Part shown: one piece after another, positions 62,289 through 64,000 of the stretch | How positions within the stretch are numbered: the stretch's first letter is position 1 | How the letters are laid out: each line of letters opens with the position of its first letter | Source: an uncultured delta proteobacterium | GTDB lineage: Bacteria; Desulfobacterota; Binatia; UBA9968 | Reading direction: 5' to 3' | DNA: 64,000 nt | Assembly (NCBI GenBank): GCA_963745035.1 | Contig: CAVUVW010000013.1 | Location: 704,001-768,000, forward strand | Notes under the pieces: generated by a model | The model's input: the letters and a program-made list of their open reading frames with translations, nothing else | The model's database searches: none | What the model was told of the DNA's origin: nothing | Program-made: the position numbers and the translations under genes

Positions 62289-62885
62289 TTAGCTCGTCGG
62301 CCGATCTTGCAGGATGACGAACCGGGCGCGCCGGTTTTGCCTCCAACAGCTCTCGTCTTCTTCCTTGCAGACCGGGATCTCTTCTCCGTAGCTGATCGTC
62401 GAAAGCCGCGCCGCCGCCACTCCCAAGGTGGCGAGATACTCGCGCGCGGACTGCGCTCGCTTCGCCCCCAGCGCCAGGTTGTATTCATTGGTGCCGCGAT
62501 CATCGCAGTGCCCCTCGATCTCGACGCGCGCGTTGGGATTGCTCTTCAGCCAATCGGCGTTGGCGCGCAAAACCGTCCGCGCATCGGAGCTGAGATCATA
62601 GCGGTCGTATTCGAAATAAACATCTTTCAGCGGACTCGATGCCGGTGTGATCGGCGCTTTCCCTTCCTGAAACTGCTTCAAGCTCGATGTATCGGTGTTC
62701 GCCTCCTTGCCACCCCCGCGCTCACCTTCTCCTGTTCGGCCGTCCACTCCCGATTTGGCCGTGCCGCCAGCCCCCGCACCGGCTTTCGAATCGGGGTTCT
62801 CGGTTACACTCGGGGCGCACGCAGTCAACAATACGACTATGAGGACGAGAGAATAGTAGCACGACATTTTAGAAGACACGTTCAT
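62289..62885 (-). CDS. pal: Peptidoglycan-associated lipoprotein
   Basis: Lipobox LTAC, IEGHCDDRGTNEYNLALG, ISYGEE and NRRA. Confidence 0.95.
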   Translation of the reverse strand: MNVSSKMSCYYSLVLIVVLLTACAPSVTENPDSKAGAGAGGTAKSGVDGRTGEGERGGGKEANTDTSSLKQFQEGKAPITPASSPLKDVYFEYDRYDLSSDARTVLRANADWLKSNPNARVEIEGHCDDRGTNEYNLALGAKRAQSAREYLATLGVAAARLSTISYGEEIPVCKEEDESCWRQNRRARFVILQDRPTS

Positions 62886-62943
62886 CAGGACCTCCTGCGA
62901 TGGCTGGCATCGGCGGCTCTGAATGTATCGGGGAGTCAAAAAA

Positions 62944-64000
62944 TCAATCTAAGCGAGGGGACCAATGAGGTTTTGTATCATCCCCCCCGGAACCTGTCAA
63001 TCTACGTTGGTTGTCGCCGCTCATCTGCATGACATACAAGTGATATCTGCCGGCGCGGTTCGAAGAAAAAGCGATAAACCTGCCGTCCGGCGACCAGGTC
63101 GGATCTTCGCTATCAGACGATTCGGAGGTGAGCTTGCGTGGTTCGCCGCCGTCGGCCGATATGGTGAATATGGCGAAGCGGCCGCCTACCCGGCCGGTGT
63201 AGACGATCCGATCTCCCCGCGGCGACCACTCCGGCGACGTATTGTATCCGCCGGTGTACGTGAGTCGGCGCGACTTGCCGCTCGCGACATCGAGAACATA
63301 AACCTGAGGGCCACCGCTGCGATCCGATACATATACGATTTGTTTGCCGTCCGGCGACCACGCCGGGGAAACTTCTATGCCCGGCTCTTGAGTTAACCGG
63401 CGAATAACGTTGCCGCTGCGGTCGAGCAAATAGAGGTTGGTGTTGCCGCCCTCTTCCAAGGTCGCGACGATTGATTGCCCGTCGGGAGAGAACTTGCCGC
63501 CCAAATATCGGCCGCCGCCGCGCGGCGTGAACTTGACTTCCTTGCCGCTGAACAGCTCGAACAAGTAGAGCGTCTGATTGCGTTCCTTAAAGGACGAATA
63601 AAGAATCGATCTGCCGTCCGGACTCCAGGCCGGCGACAGGTTGATCGTGTGATTGTCGGTCACCTGAAATTTTTCGCTGCCGTCGAGATGCGAGACGTAG
63701 ATTTCTTTAAAGCGCCCGCCGCTATTGGAGACGTAAGTAATGCGCGTATTGAAAATGCCCGGAATGCCGGTGAACTGGTTGATGATCTCATCGACGAACT
63801 TGTGCGCGATGCGGCGGAAGTCGCGAACACGCCCGGTGTAACGTTTACCGATCCGCTCCTTATTCTGGTAGACGTCAAACAGACGCAACTCGACCGTGAT
63901 CTCGTCGCCTTGAACGGAGAAACCGCCCTTCACCAGCCCTTCGGCGCCAATCGTCGCCCAGTCCTTGAAGTCGAACGTGCCCAAGGTGATGCCGCTCTGA
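62944..64000 (-). CDS. tolB: Tol-Pal beta-propeller protein TolB, 5' part outside the window
   Basis: Repeated PAWSPDG PD40 blades, AHKFVDEI; upstream of pal. Confidence 0.95.
   Translation of the reverse strand, partial: QSGITLGTFDFKDWATIGAEGLVKGGFSVQGDEITVELRLFDVYQNKERIGKRYTGRVRDFRRIAHKFVDEIINQFTGIPGIFNTRITYVSNSGGRFKEIYVSHLDGSEKFQVTDNHTINLSPAWSPDGRSILYSSFKERNQTLYLFELFSGKEVKFTPRGGGRYLGGKFSPDGQSIVATLEEGGNTNLYLLDRSGNVIRRLTQEPGIEVSPAWSPDGKQIVYVSDRSGGPQVYVLDVASGKSRRLTYTGGYNTSPEWSPRGDRIVYTGRVGGRFAIFTISADGGEPRKLTSESSDSEDPTWSPDGRFIAFSSNRAGRYHLYVMQMSGDNQRRLTGSGGDDTKPHWSPRLD

Overview
GC-rich bacterial chromosomal window with no rRNA, tRNA, CRISPR array or mobile element detected. Gene content (ilvBNC-psd-pssA-leuA-leuB-asd-truA, short EF-Ts, many NMT1/SsuA-type binding proteins, amidohydrolases, GrdE-like and UGSC proteins) suggests a deltaproteobacteria-like soil lineage such as Candidatus Binatia; this is inference only. 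About 1-40 kb is accessory metabolism: catabolic enzymes, ABC transporters, a multi-GAF histidine kinase and a caa3-type oxidase operon. About 40-64 kb is a minus-strand housekeeping run (tolB-pal-cpoB, ribF-rluD, rho, rpsB-tsf-pyrH-frr-uppS-cdsA-dxr-rseP-tsaB, ilv/leu). Many genes carry single-base frameshifts, densest at 35.8-41.3 kb, which look like long-read consensus errors. Highlights: (1) a hidden UGSC-type selenoprotein with an in-frame TGA at 9616-9618 and a SECIS-like hairpin 11 nt downstream, fused to a large uncharacterised domain; (2) a glycine/sarcosine/betaine reductase component-B-like gene missed by the ORF track; (3) a small zinc-ribbon protein whose N-terminal helix resembles the mitochondrial F1-ATPase inhibitor IF1, next to an aKMT/FAM173-like lysine methyltransferase; (4) a 21-aa CxxC peptide gene with a structured 3' region; (5) palindromic elements built from tandem 7-mers and 8-mers at gene junctions; (6) a heme-copper oxidase with altered proton-channel residues. 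Family assignments come from motif recognition, not database searches.
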